DNA of 64,000 bases from Alphaproteobacteria bacterium (GCA_964291395.2 OZ219858.1:1056001-1120000); one strand, 5' to 3'; positions 51,899-61,760 are shown, counted from the first letter of the stretch. The notes: a model not told the origin generated them from the sequence alone. A program made the numbers and translations.

Positions 51899-53953
51899 TT
51901 GGCCGATTCCGTTCTGTCCGTGTTCCAAGGGTCCCGGCAGGAGTCGGTGCTGTTCCGATCGCGCTGGCTCCTCGTGGCGATGCTGGGGATCGTCCTTCTC
52001 ATCCTGTTCCGGGACACGCTGCCGGACTGGGCGACGACTCCCCCCGATTCGTGGACTGCAAACCTACCCCTGCCGTTCCTGGTTTTCGGCGACGGGCTCT
52101 TCCCCGCTTTGTCGATCAAGGGCAGCAGCGCCGCCGATTGGTTCAACGACATCGTCTACTTTCTGCGCAACCACGAGATCCTGGGTCTGTTCACCTTCCG
52201 GGACGTCACGCGCGGTATCGCCGGACTGATCGTTTGGCCGCTGGATTTTTCCGAGGATCTGTTGATCTCGGGATTCTCGGATTGGGGAATTCCTCCGATC
52301 CCCTGGGTGATCACGGCCGCTCTGGCGGGAGTCCTGGGATGGTATCTGGGTGGCTGGGGTCTCGGGCTCCTGGCCGGCTCCTGCATCGTCTACTTCGCTG
52401 TCTTCGGCAAATGGAAACTGGCGATGACCACCCTGTCGCTGGTTCTGGTGACCGCGCCCATCGCCATCTTCCTCGGGCTGCTGCTGGGTATCTTCGCCAT
52501 CAACTGGCGACTGTTCGAGAAGGCGCTGTGGCCGATCCTCAACCTCATGCAGTCGTTGCCGCACTTCGGCTACCTGATCCCGATCGTGGTGTTCGTCGGA
52601 CTGGGCCATAAGGCAGGTGCAATTGCCACCATCCTTTTCGCGCTCCCGCCGATGGCGAAGATCACGATCCTGGGATTGCGCAGTGTCTCCGAAGAGGTGT
52701 TGGAGGCGGGCGTCATGGCCGGGTGCACGTCCCAGCAAATGCTCTGGCGCGTCCGGATTCCGGCGGCCCGACCGACTCTCATGGTCGGTGTGAACCAGGT
52801 CATCATGCAGTGCCTGGCCATGGTCGTGATCTCGGCGTTCATCGGAGCCAGGGGCCTCGGTATCGATCTCCTGTTCCGCCTTCAGACGCTCCAGTTGGGG
52901 CGCGCCCTGGAGAGCGGCATCGCGATTGTCCTGATGGCGGTCGCGCTCGACCGGCTCAGCCAGGCGCTCTCCGAGAAAGAACCGGTGCGTAAACCGGAGG
53001 GTCGCTTTTGGACCGTCCACCCACATATGACCGCTGCCGGGCTGGCAGTCGTGGTGGGAGGCGTCCTGGCCTACCTCGTTCCCGAGGCGGCAGCCCTGCC
53101 GCGCGAGATGACGGTAACGTTCGCACCCCAATGGGACGTTCTCATCAAGGCCATTGTTTCGGCGCTGTTCGAGCCCCTGAGCTTCATTCGAGACTATATG
53201 CCGCCCTACGTCCTCATCCCCATCCGCGGGTTCTTCGAACAACTTCCGTGGACGGTGTTCCTCGGTGCGGTGACCTTGGCAGGATGGCTGCTGGGTGGCT
53301 GGCGCCTGGCGGCACTCGGGGCCGCCTATATCGGCTTCATCGTCCTCTCAGGCTGGTGGACCGAGGCCATGGTGACCACTTACCTTGTCTTCGTCGCTGT
53401 CGTCATATGCGTGATTTTTGGATTTCCCATCGGCGTCTGGGCGTCCCGCCGCGACGGCAGGACCCGCGCGGTGGCGTTCCTCTGCGACACTTTGCAGACC
53501 TTCCCGTCGTTCATCTACCTCATTCCAGTCGTCATGCTGTTCCAGGTGGGGACCATTTCCCAGATCATGGCAATCGTGGTCTATGCCAGCATTCCCGTGG
53601 TCCGCTACACCTACGTCGGACTGCGCGCTGTTCCGCACGACATTGTCGAGGCCGCAATTTCTTCCGGATGCACCCCGTCCCAGATACTGTGGAAGGTGCG
53701 CATGCCGCTGGCGTTTCCCGAGATCATGCTGGGGCTGAACCAGACCATCATGTTCGGTCTCTTCATGGTCATGATCGCCGGATTCATCGGCGGGAATTAC
53801 GATCTGGCCCGGGAGATCTTCAAGGCCAAGGCTCAAAACGACGCCGGTCTCGGACTGCTCCTGGCGCTGTGCGTCGCATTTCTCGGGTTGACGGCAGATC
53901 GACTGATCTTGGCCTGGGCCAGCCGGCGCAAGGCACAACTCGGCTTGGCTTAA
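51899..53953 (+). CDS. Fused double ABC permease (ProW/TmoV-like)
   Basis: Two permease repeats (QSLPHFGYLIP...GVNQ; QTFPSFIYLIP...GLNQ); TTG start inferred just after the ATPase stop. Confidence 0.88.
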   Translation: MADSVLSVFQGSRQESVLFRSRWLLVAMLGIVLLILFRDTLPDWATTPPDSWTANLPLPFLVFGDGLFPALSIKGSSAADWFNDIVYFLRNHEILGLFTFRDVTRGIAGLIVWPLDFSEDLLISGFSDWGIPPIPWVITAALAGVLGWYLGGWGLGLLAGSCIVYFAVFGKWKLAMTTLSLVLVTAPIAIFLGLLLGIFAINWRLFEKALWPILNLMQSLPHFGYLIPIVVFVGLGHKAGAIATILFALPPMAKITILGLRSVSEEVLEAGVMAGCTSQQMLWRVRIPAARPTLMVGVNQVIMQCLAMVVISAFIGARGLGIDLLFRLQTLQLGRALESGIAIVLMAVALDRLSQALSEKEPVRKPEGRFWTVHPHMTAAGLAVVVGGVLAYLVPEAAALPREMTVTFAPQWDVLIKAIVSALFEPLSFIRDYMPPYVLIPIRGFFEQLPWTVFLGAVTLAGWLLGGWRLAALGAAYIGFIVLSGWWTEAMVTTYLVFVAVVICVIFGFPIGVWASRRDGRTRAVAFLCDTLQTFPSFIYLIPVVMLFQVGTISQIMAIVVYASIPVVRYTYVGLRAVPHDIVEAAISSGCTPSQILWKVRMPLAFPEIMLGLNQTIMFGLFMVMIAGFIGGNYDLAREIFKAKAQNDAGLGLLLALCVAFLGLTADRLILAWASRRKAQLGLA

Positions 53954-54036
53954 CGTCCACTGGATCAAAGCCCGAGTCCAACTAACGACCGTTTTTTTGG
54001 AAATCTGGTACCACCCCGTCAAGCGGGGTGAAATGT

Positions 54037-54060
54037 GTCCAACAATCCCGTCCAACAATC
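54037..54060. repeat. 11-bp direct repeat GTCCAACAATC x2 (13-bp period)
   Basis: Read directly; related GTCCAAC words near 53977 and 54669. Confidence 0.7.
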
Positions 54061-54219
54061 TGTGTCGAATTGCCCCAGGCTCTCTTTCTTTCTGAAGAGG
54101 TAGCGGGCATGAGTGATCGGGATCCTGCGCACACCGCCCAGTACGTGGCCGGGCTGGTGTGTGAGTTCGAGGGTGGCGTGGCAAAATGAAACACCAGGAA
54201 ACGGAGTTCAAAAAACCTG

Positions 54220-54438
54220 ATGAGACAATGCATCATCGCGGCGGCGGCAATGGCTGCTACCCTTACGACCGGTTGCAGTGAGATTGCCGCTGTCGCGACA
54301 GCACCGGTGACGGCAACCGTCATGACGATTGGTGCGAGGGTGAATGACAACGGCCCGTCCGCCGCTGAGTTCCGGCAATCATCCGCACGGCAAGCGGACG
54401 AAGCCCTGGTGCGGGCCCTGGCTGTGATCTCTCAATAG
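54220..54438 (+). CDS. Possible small lipoprotein
   Basis: 72 aa with a hydrophobic leader and lipobox-like LTTGC; no family recognised. Confidence 0.35.
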   Translation: MRQCIIAAAAMAATLTTGCSEIAAVATAPVTATVMTIGARVNDNGPSAAEFRQSSARQADEALVRALAVISQ

Positions 54439-54812
54439 GTTGTCCATCCGGGACTGAATCTCGGAAGCTGATGGGTGCTGAATGCCTGTCAACGAACCGA
54501 GAGGGGCGCCCCGGATGAACGTCCACATCGAAAGCCGCAGCGGCGCCGGTCTGGTTGAAACGTCAACTCGAACGTTCTGCCCTGTGGGAAGAAACGGTTG
54601 GAGGGACGAGGCTGAGCACGACTAGCGCTCAGCCGCTGACAGCCGCTAGGACACGCCAGACGGTCCTCGTCCAACAAACGACGTGACTGGCTACCCAGAG
54701 GGCGGGCCGACCGCTTTGATGGCTTGCAGGGCACATCTACAATCCCTTCGTTATAGTCCAGGCATTCGACAGCGATTGATAATCGAGTCATGCCCTACAG
54801 GAGGTCTCCCGG

Positions 54813-57438
54813 ATGAAAGCGGCATCTAGCGAAAGGATTGTTTTGTCTCTTTTGGTTGGCCTGATCGCGTGGGCCGGCGTTTCATCGGATGGGCGCCTCG
54901 CCGTGGCGCAGTCGCAGGAAGCGTGTCCCCTTCCCGCGGGCGAGACGCCTCCTGCGGATCCGCCCGTGACGGCCGGGCAGGTCGAGGCCGGCAGCGCCAC
55001 CCTGGCGGACTTCGCGCAGGCCTCGCTGGCGCAGTTCAAGCGCAGAGGCTCCGAAACTCTGACTCCGCAACAGATTGCCTTCTCGGGATGCCGGCTTCGA
55101 CTGGAAGGCGGTCCGTGGCGTTCCGGCTCCACGTACATCGTGACGCTGACGCCCGACGGCAGGGTGTACCTTCACGCGAAGGACATGTCCCTGTCGGCCG
55201 GGAGTCTGCATCCCCGAATTTACGCAGGGATTCTCTCGGCGCTCGGAGTTCCCCCGACGGTCCTGGCAGACCTGGCGTCTCCGGACCCCGCTACCAGGAG
55301 CGGGGCGCAGTCCATGCTCCTCGACCGGTTGAGAAGCGAGCCGCACGCCCCGTTCGACTTGACCGGCCCGGTGCCGGGCGTGCGACCGGGCATCCCGGGG
55401 GCGTCCGGATATGCAGGCGCCTATGTCTCGGTCAGTTCGGGACAACCGATCGTGCTGCTCGCAGGGTTCGATCTCACCGCATCTCACCTGGCTGAAGAGG
55501 CCGTCGATTACGGCGATCCGGCCATCACGGCCAGGGACGTGGTGGACCGCGGAACCCTGAAGGCCTTTGTCACGGAAGCATTGAAGTTCCTTGCCGGGAC
55601 CCTGAGAGAGGCGCGTTCGACCGCGGAATCCAGGGCTGCCTTCGCGAAGGCCAGGCTTGCGCTCAGAGATCCGAACGGACCGTGGAGGCACGGCTCCGTG
55701 TATCTCTACATTCTGGATCGGACCTCCAACGTCATCCTGTTTCACGGAGCGTTTCCCGACAGGTTCGAGCTCAAGCCTTTGGTGCCGACCGTCCGGGACG
55801 TCGTTACGGGAGAGCTCGTTCTGCCGCAGGTCATCGAGGCGGCGACCAGCAGTCCGGAAGGCGGCTTCGTGGAGTACTTACTTCGACGATCCCACCGACG
55901 ACACCGACAGCGCCGACATCCCCAAGCTGGGCTACGCCCGCGAGTTCGCCAGAACGATCACGACAAGTGACGGGACCGAGATTAGCACCAATCTCATCAT
56001 CGGTTCGGGCTTTTACGGAAGTCCCGACCGAGGCGGTGGCGGAGGGTGGCAGGACGCGGTCATCGAATCCGTGCTGCCCCAGGTCATGCGGGCCATGACC
56101 GCCAGCACGGTCGATGCCATCTCGGGGCGCATTCAGCGGGCGACGTCGGACACCCCGCCAGAGAAGGAGATCAACCTCGGCGGCTCCTCCACCCTCTCCC
56201 ATGCCCTGCTGACGAAGGGGCAGGCGCTGGGGAACGGCACTCTCGATCGTCAGGCGGCTGCTCGCGGGCTCTTCCTTCACCATGCCGCTCAACTTGCAGC
56301 GGGATCCGGCGGGAGCGGTCCGACCGGAGAGATCACGCTCTGGGGAAGCGGAGACTACCGCAACCTCTCCGGAGGGGGCTCGCAGAGCGTGAGCTACGAC
56401 GGCGACGTGGTGAGCGCCATCATCGGAGCCGATACCTGGATGAGCCCCGACATGATGGCGGGGGCGGCCCTCTCGCAGTCGCAAGGCACGGTGGATTACA
56501 CGGAACCCGACGGGCAATCGGGCGAGCTCACGACTACCCTGACGAGCGTCAATCCCTACGCGGTCTGGGGGTCGCCCGGCGGCATGAACCTGTGGCTCGC
56601 GGCCGGCTATGGCTGGGGCGAGCTCGAGGTCGAGGAGTCGGGCGGAACCCAAACGAGCGACATGACCCAGAAGATGGGGGCGGTGGGCGCGAGCGGGCCG
56701 CTGGTGGCCAGCGACGAGGTGATCGAAGGCGGCACCACGAACCTGCGGCTGAAAGGCGAGATGGCTTTCACGTGGGCCGATGTCGACGGCTCCGGGACAC
56801 TGGAGAGCACGAAGCTGGCTGCCAGCAGGCAGCGCCTGATGCTGGAAGGGGTCCACGACCGGGAACTCGCCTCGGGAGCGATATTCTCGCCCTCGCTCGA
56901 GGTCGGCATGCGGAACGACGGCGGGGACGGAGAGACCGGCACCGGTCTCGAGGCCGGGGGCGGCCTCCGGTATACCGACCCGGCACTGGGGCTGACCCTC
57001 GAGGGGCGGGCTCGGACACTGCTGTCTCACGGCGGCGACTACGAGGAGTCGGGCGTGAGCGGCCTGGTGCGGATCGATGCGGGCACGGAGGGCCTGGGGC
57101 TCGCGCTCAGCGTGCGACCGGCGTGGGGCCGGACGGCCAGCGGCGTGCAACGGTTGTGGGAGGCCGGGACGGCCGGGGGGACGGAACTGGCCAGTGAAGC
57201 GGCCGCGCGCCTGAACGCGCGGATCGCCTACGGCATCGGCGCCGCGTGGGGTGGCCGGGGCGTGCTGACGCCCTATACCGACGTGTCGCTGTCGGGGGAA
57301 GGGTCACGGCGGCTGAGCCTTGGCGGGCGGCTGGACATCGGACCGTCGGCCGGAATGAGCCTGGAAGGCGCGCACAGCCGGTCGGCGCGCGGCGCGGCCG
57401 ACCACAGTGTCATGCTGCGCGGCAGCCTGCACTGGTAG
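54813..57438 (+). pseudogene. Autotransporter with Cache-like passenger modules, frameshifted (real lesion or sequencing error)
   Basis: Signal peptide, two related modules (GPWRSGSTYI / GPWRHGSVYLY), an extra T at 55878, and a C-terminal beta-barrel (WGSGDY, NPY, PSLEVGMRNDGGDGETG, terminal LHW). Confidence 0.8.
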
Positions 57439-57531
57439 GCATGACGATCAAGCGCCGGGAGAGAGAGCTCGACGGTGATTGAGGACGCGAACAGCGCCTG
57501 AGGGTTTCACGGCGTCGTCCTCAGGCATCCA

Positions 57532-57576
57532 GGCCGCCGGGCGGGGTACTCGTCAATCCTCCCCCGCCCGGCGGCC
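57532..57576. terminator. 15-bp perfect inverted repeat downstream of the autotransporter
   Basis: GGCCGCCGGGCGGGG-N15-CCCCGCCCGGCGGCC; a second 8-bp inverted repeat at 57496-57526. Confidence 0.55.
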
Positions 57577-57579
57577 ATA

Positions 57580-57607
57580 CATTTGCATAAAGGACATCAT
57601 GTTAAGG
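57580..57607 (+). other. dif-like XerC/XerD recombination site
   Basis: CATTTGCATAA-AGGACA-TCATGTTAAGG versus E. coli dif GGTGCGCATAA-TGTATA-TTATGTTAAAT (11-6-11 architecture). Confidence 0.5.
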
Positions 57608-57703
57608 TCTTTTGGGAGGCGAAGTGAGGGCTCTCTATAAGCTGAATCTGACGTTGGCTTGACGACCTGGCCACTACGGCGCAAGGGCGACGGGCCATGG
57701 AAG

Positions 57704-58095
57704 ATGAAGATACTGTGGGAACCCAACGAGGCGCAGCGATATCGCCGGAACATTTTGGCGCTCCCGGGTATCCTGGTCGTCGCTGGAATTGCTGGCGCCG
57801 ACCCACACGATCTCAGCCCATTTGGGGTGCGGTTCTCGCCGGGCATTCGGGGCGTCCTGGCCCTCGGTCTCGCCGTCATCGGGGTGCAGCTGTACTGGTA
57901 TGTCCTGAGGTACCACTACCTGAGAGACGAAGCGATTCTGCGCCTCCCCCAAACCTCTGGCGACTGGCCATTGCGCCATGAAGAGGATCCTTCTTTTGGG
58001 TGGAGAGTGTCGATTTGATCGCGAACTGGACCATGTTCGTTTTGACTCTTCTGTCATGGATCTTCATCGCCTGCTGGACCTCCGGATCATCATGA
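57704..58095 (+). pseudogene. Hypothetical three-TM membrane protein with a frameshift near 58010
   Basis: Two hydrophobic segments in ORF 57704..58018; the shifted frame gives DLIANWTMFVLTLLSWIFIACWTSGSS*, whose TGA overlaps the next ATG. Confidence 0.55.
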
Positions 58096-58499
58096 GCGGC
58101 GACAAGGGCAACGTCGTGACGCTGCCGCTCACGGTGGAGCGGAAGCGGCGCCTGCGGGACGCGATCAGGAGCAAGGGGTTCACGATCGAGAAGGTCGTGG
58201 GCTCGCTCCATCCTCGCTATTACGAGCTGCAGGAGCGGATCGACGAGGTCCTGCACCGCATCGACATCTACGAAGCCGCAGGCCGTCCGGACGAGGCGGC
58301 GAGGCTTCGCAAGGTGCTGGGCGAGGTGCTCGACAAGCTGTACCCCCATCGCCGGCGGCCGGACTGGGAGAAGTGGGAGGCGGAGCGGCTGAAGCACCAG
58401 CGGACCCGGATCGTAGCGGCGCCGCGGCACCGGATCTCGAACAGACAGCAGAAAGCCCGGAGGCCTGATCGACTCAGGCTCCATCTTTTGCGTATCTGA
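58092..58499 (+). CDS. Hypothetical charged helical protein
   Basis: MSGDKGNVVTLPL...; GC3-rich codons; ATGA coupling to the upstream gene. Confidence 0.55.
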   Translation: MSGDKGNVVTLPLTVERKRRLRDAIRSKGFTIEKVVGSLHPRYYELQERIDEVLHRIDIYEAAGRPDEAARLRKVLGEVLDKLYPHRRRPDWEKWEAERLKHQRTRIVAAPRHRISNRQQKARRPDRLRLHLLRI

Positions 58500-58566
58500 G
58501 GTTGTTGGTCAGCATGATTTTCTGCTCAAACATGTGGACCGTTTTCCGTCATGAGGGAAGAGACGG

Positions 58567-59403
58567 ATGGGCGCCATAGATTTCCGCTTCCGGCCTGTTG
58601 GGACGCAATCCATCACGCCAGAATTGACGCGCGACTACCTGCGCAAGATGCGCCTTGAACCGGCGCCATCATTCGAACGCCAGGACATCGGCCTGATGTT
58701 CCGGGAGATGGATGAGGCGGGCATCGAGATGGGCGTCGTCGGGGTGCCCGCGCCAACGGACAAGCCCGGATTCAAGCCAACCACGAACGAAGTGATCTCC
58801 GACATCGTCAAGCGCTATCCCGGCCGGTTCGTAGGATTGGGCTCGATCGATACGACGGATCCGGTTCGTGGCCTGGAAGAGATCGATCACGTGCTGGAAC
58901 TGGGTATGGTTGGCCTCACGGTGGAACCGAGCACGGCGCGGAAGTCCATGCGGTTCAACGACCGGCGCCTTTATCCGATCTACGAGGAGGCGCAAAAGCG
59001 CGGCCTGTTCGTAGTCACGGTGATGAGCGCCTTGCTGGGTCCCTACCTCGACGACTGCAAGCCTGAGTGGGTCGACCACGTGGCGACGGATTTCCCGAAC
59101 CTGAACATCGTTATTCAACATGCGGCCTGGCCGTACTCACGCGAAGCTATTGGACTCTGCTACAAGCGGCCGAACGTCTACCTCGTTCCCGGTCAGTACA
59201 TCCACTACGAGTTCGCAGGGTCTGAGGACTACGTAAAGGCGGCGAACCGACAGCTTTCCGACCAGATCATGTACGGCAGCGTCTATCCCAATTGCGGGCC
59301 GCTGAAGGAAGTGATGGAGATCGTCGACAACCTTGGCTTCGCGAGCGATGAGATCAAGCACAAATATCTGGAAGGAAATGCCCGGCGGTTGCTGGGGCTA
59401 TGA
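58567..59403 (+). CDS. Amidohydrolase_2 family protein
   Basis: YPGRFVG, LYPIYE, FPNLNIVIQHAAWP, MYGSVYP, NARRLLGL. Confidence 0.87.
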   Translation: MGAIDFRFRPVGTQSITPELTRDYLRKMRLEPAPSFERQDIGLMFREMDEAGIEMGVVGVPAPTDKPGFKPTTNEVISDIVKRYPGRFVGLGSIDTTDPVRGLEEIDHVLELGMVGLTVEPSTARKSMRFNDRRLYPIYEEAQKRGLFVVTVMSALLGPYLDDCKPEWVDHVATDFPNLNIVIQHAAWPYSREAIGLCYKRPNVYLVPGQYIHYEFAGSEDYVKAANRQLSDQIMYGSVYPNCGPLKEVMEIVDNLGFASDEIKHKYLEGNARRLLGL

Positions 59404-59543
59404 CCTGTCAGCGCCATTTTGTCTGAAGGCGGCCTGGCATGGGGTCGGCCGCATGCGCGACCGCACCAGTTCCGCCTGCCGGTAGGTGCCGTGCTTGGCG
59501 GAGAAGTGCTTGACGTGCGTACCGTGCAAGACTCTACCTTGGG

Positions 59544-59948
59544 TCAGCTCTTGCCCGATTTACGGGCGACGAAATCGATCTCGACCAGCGCCTCGCGCGC
59601 CAATCCACTCACGCCGACGCAGGTTCGCGCCGGCTGTCGATCAGCATTGAAATAGCTCGCGTAAACCGCGTTCATTGCTGCGTAATCGCGACGAAAGTCG
59701 GTAAGGAACACGCGTGCACTCACCACGTCCGTCAAGGCGTAGCCGGCGTGACCGAGGACGATCTCAAGATTATGAAATATGGTGCGGGTCTGGTTTTCGA
59801 TGCCCGACGGCAACGGCGCATCGTTATCGGCTGGGTCGATCGGAAGCTGACCGGTAACGAACAGCCAGCCATCGACTTCGACTGCGTGGCTATATGGCGC
59901 CACCGGGGCTGGCGCATCGCCGACCATGTGAAAAATTCGATCGTCCAT
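59544..59948 (-). CDS. RidA/YjgF family protein
   Basis: APYSHA, TGQLP, MNAVY, PARTCVGV, LVEID; GAGGAGG RBS. Confidence 0.92.
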   Translation of the reverse strand: MDDRIFHMVGDAPAPVAPYSHAVEVDGWLFVTGQLPIDPADNDAPLPSGIENQTRTIFHNLEIVLGHAGYALTDVVSARVFLTDFRRDYAAMNAVYASYFNADRQPARTCVGVSGLAREALVEIDFVARKSGKS

Positions 59949-60530
59949 GGCGACCTCCTCATCCTGTCGATCCGGCGTTCCCCAAATGGGCGGGCGGAGA
60001 AGTAACCGTCCGTCCGCCTGCCTCCCTTCCCCTGTGCTGCGGCGGTATTGCCATCGGGCGCCCACCCTTGCTGATGTTCCGATAGGGTGGTCGATCCGGG
60101 AGCGTTCCGTAATGTGCAACGGCCCTACTTGGAATGCTGAAAGCGTCTCACGTCGGCGTGCCGCTGGTGTACGCCCTAATGGGGGACGTCGGCAATAGCC
60201 CGTATCGCCGTCCTACGGCCAACGGCATTTCCGGGGGAATCGTTCGGCCAACCTGTAAGAGAGGAGGTGGATCTTTATCAGCTGGTTCGAATCCCCTGAA
60301 CTCCCGGCGCGGGGACGCCGAGTGGCATTGGGTCGTGTGGGACGCTGAACGTCGGCGCCTTCTCGACTCCAGGGATCCTCCGGACAAGCGGCTCCGCGCC
60401 TGTTCCTACATGCGGGTGCGGTAGTTCGTTTCCGGGAAGCGCCGGTTACCGACGCCGATCTGGGCAGGGAGGACCTCCGGCCTTAGGAACCGCCGACAGA
60501 TCCTGGGATCGGATTGAAGGTCAGTAATTC

Positions 60531-60812
60531 ATGTCCAAGCCATTGGTCGGCGTCATCGGATCCGGATCTCTCGTCAACGGTCGATATGCCGCGCAGCTGG
60601 TCGGGGAGAAGAACCTTCGCGCCGTGGCGCAGGTCGCCGATGCCCTGCCCCTGATGTTCGGGAGCGCGTCCGACCTCACGGATATCGGGCCGCTGCTGGA
60701 CACGGTCGGTGAGCCGGCCGACGGTTACGCCTGCAACACGCGTCGCGCCGGACGACGGCACGACGCAAGGCAGGAGCCAGAAGCGAATTTCAAATCGGTC
60801 CAGCTCGCGTAG
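60531..60812 (+). pseudogene. Gamma-glutamyl-GABA hydrolase (PuuD/peptidase C26) N-terminal remnant
   Basis: MSKPLVGVIG...GEKNLRAVAQVADALPLMF...DIGPLLDTV; similarity ends near 60710, before DGxLLTG and the catalytic Cys. Confidence 0.7.
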
Positions 60813-60964
60813 CTTGTAACCGGTCTTGACTGGGGCATCATGGAATGGGCAAAGGGCGGTCTCATTCTCGGTACTCTTTTGGCGGGATCACCAGGCAGAA
60901 GCGGCGCGGGGCGTGGTCCGATTCAAGCACCGCAGGGCGTTCCGGCCAACGCGTTTTCGCGGCG

Positions 60965-61750
60965 CTAAAGCCCAAGAAACCGGGCAATGGCGGCGGCGAC
61001 CGCATCGGGGGCGGTCCAACTCGCGGCCGGCTTTATGCCGGGTAGCACCTCGTGCCGGGCTCCGGACACATGTGTCGCGGTCTGCTCGGCATGCTGGGAT
61101 AGGGGATCCAATGCCGCGCAGAGGAATAACGTGGGGCACGAAAGGGCCGTAAGCGCGCCTTCGAGGTCGTATTTCTCAAACGCCTCAATGCCCCAATGGT
61201 AGCGACCGTAGACATAGAAGGTCTCCGCGGCGGCCATGCGCAGCTGGGGCTTGTCGCAGTCCGGTCCCCAGCGTGCGGCGAACCGATCCCACTCCTTTTT
61301 GAGGTGCCCGCCGTCCTGCGCTTGGTCCGGGGTGCCGAGGGCGGCGATGTACCGCTTCCGTTCAATAGTCCGGAGGGGCGGTGCGCTCAAGAAGATGGCG
61401 CCGCTCACGCGCGAGCGCGCCTGGGCCGCGAGTTCGGCGGCGACCGCAACCCCGGTTTCGATACCGACCACGGCGAACGTATCGGCCTCCAACACGTCGA
61501 CCGCGCCGAGCAGGGCCCGTGCATAGTCGCTGATCGACCACCCCCGCTCGGGCGCGGGTGACACGCCGTAACCCGGCAGGTCGAGACCATACGCCCGGCA
61601 GCGAATGCCTAGCTTCGGAATAAGGCGCTCAAACTGGCGGCACGACAGCGGGAACTGATGGACGAGGAATAGCCACGGCCCGACGTCACCGGCAAAGCGA
61701 CTATGTATCTGGCCCGGCGGCGAAGGGATCTCGATGTAACGCCGCCGCAT
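60965..61750 (-). CDS. Alpha/beta-hydrolase fold protein with non-canonical active site
   Basis: GQIH, LVHQFP, DLPGYG, CPTL; the elbow reads GIETG. Confidence 0.82.
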   Translation of the reverse strand: MRRRYIEIPSPPGQIHSRFAGDVGPWLFLVHQFPLSCRQFERLIPKLGIRCRAYGLDLPGYGVSPAPERGWSISDYARALLGAVDVLEADTFAVVGIETGVAVAAELAAQARSRVSGAIFLSAPPLRTIERKRYIAALGTPDQAQDGGHLKKEWDRFAARWGPDCDKPQLRMAAAETFYVYGRYHWGIEAFEKYDLEGALTALSCPTLFLCAALDPLSQHAEQTATHVSGARHEVLPGIKPAASWTAPDAVAAAIARFLGL

Positions 61751-61760
61751 GCGCCGGGCC

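Noticed and set aside
59975-60190. CCCCAAATGGG and CCCTAATGGGGGACG as further copies of the LuxR-associated box
   Set aside because: The spacing between the C and G runs is shorter than in the 16-bp box and the symmetry is poor.
60231-60307. tRNA-like element containing GGTTCGAATCC with pairable ends CCGGGGG/CTCCCGG
   Set aside because: The T-stem pairs for only 2 bp, there is no convincing D- or anticodon arm, and no CCA. At most a tRNA-end scrap.
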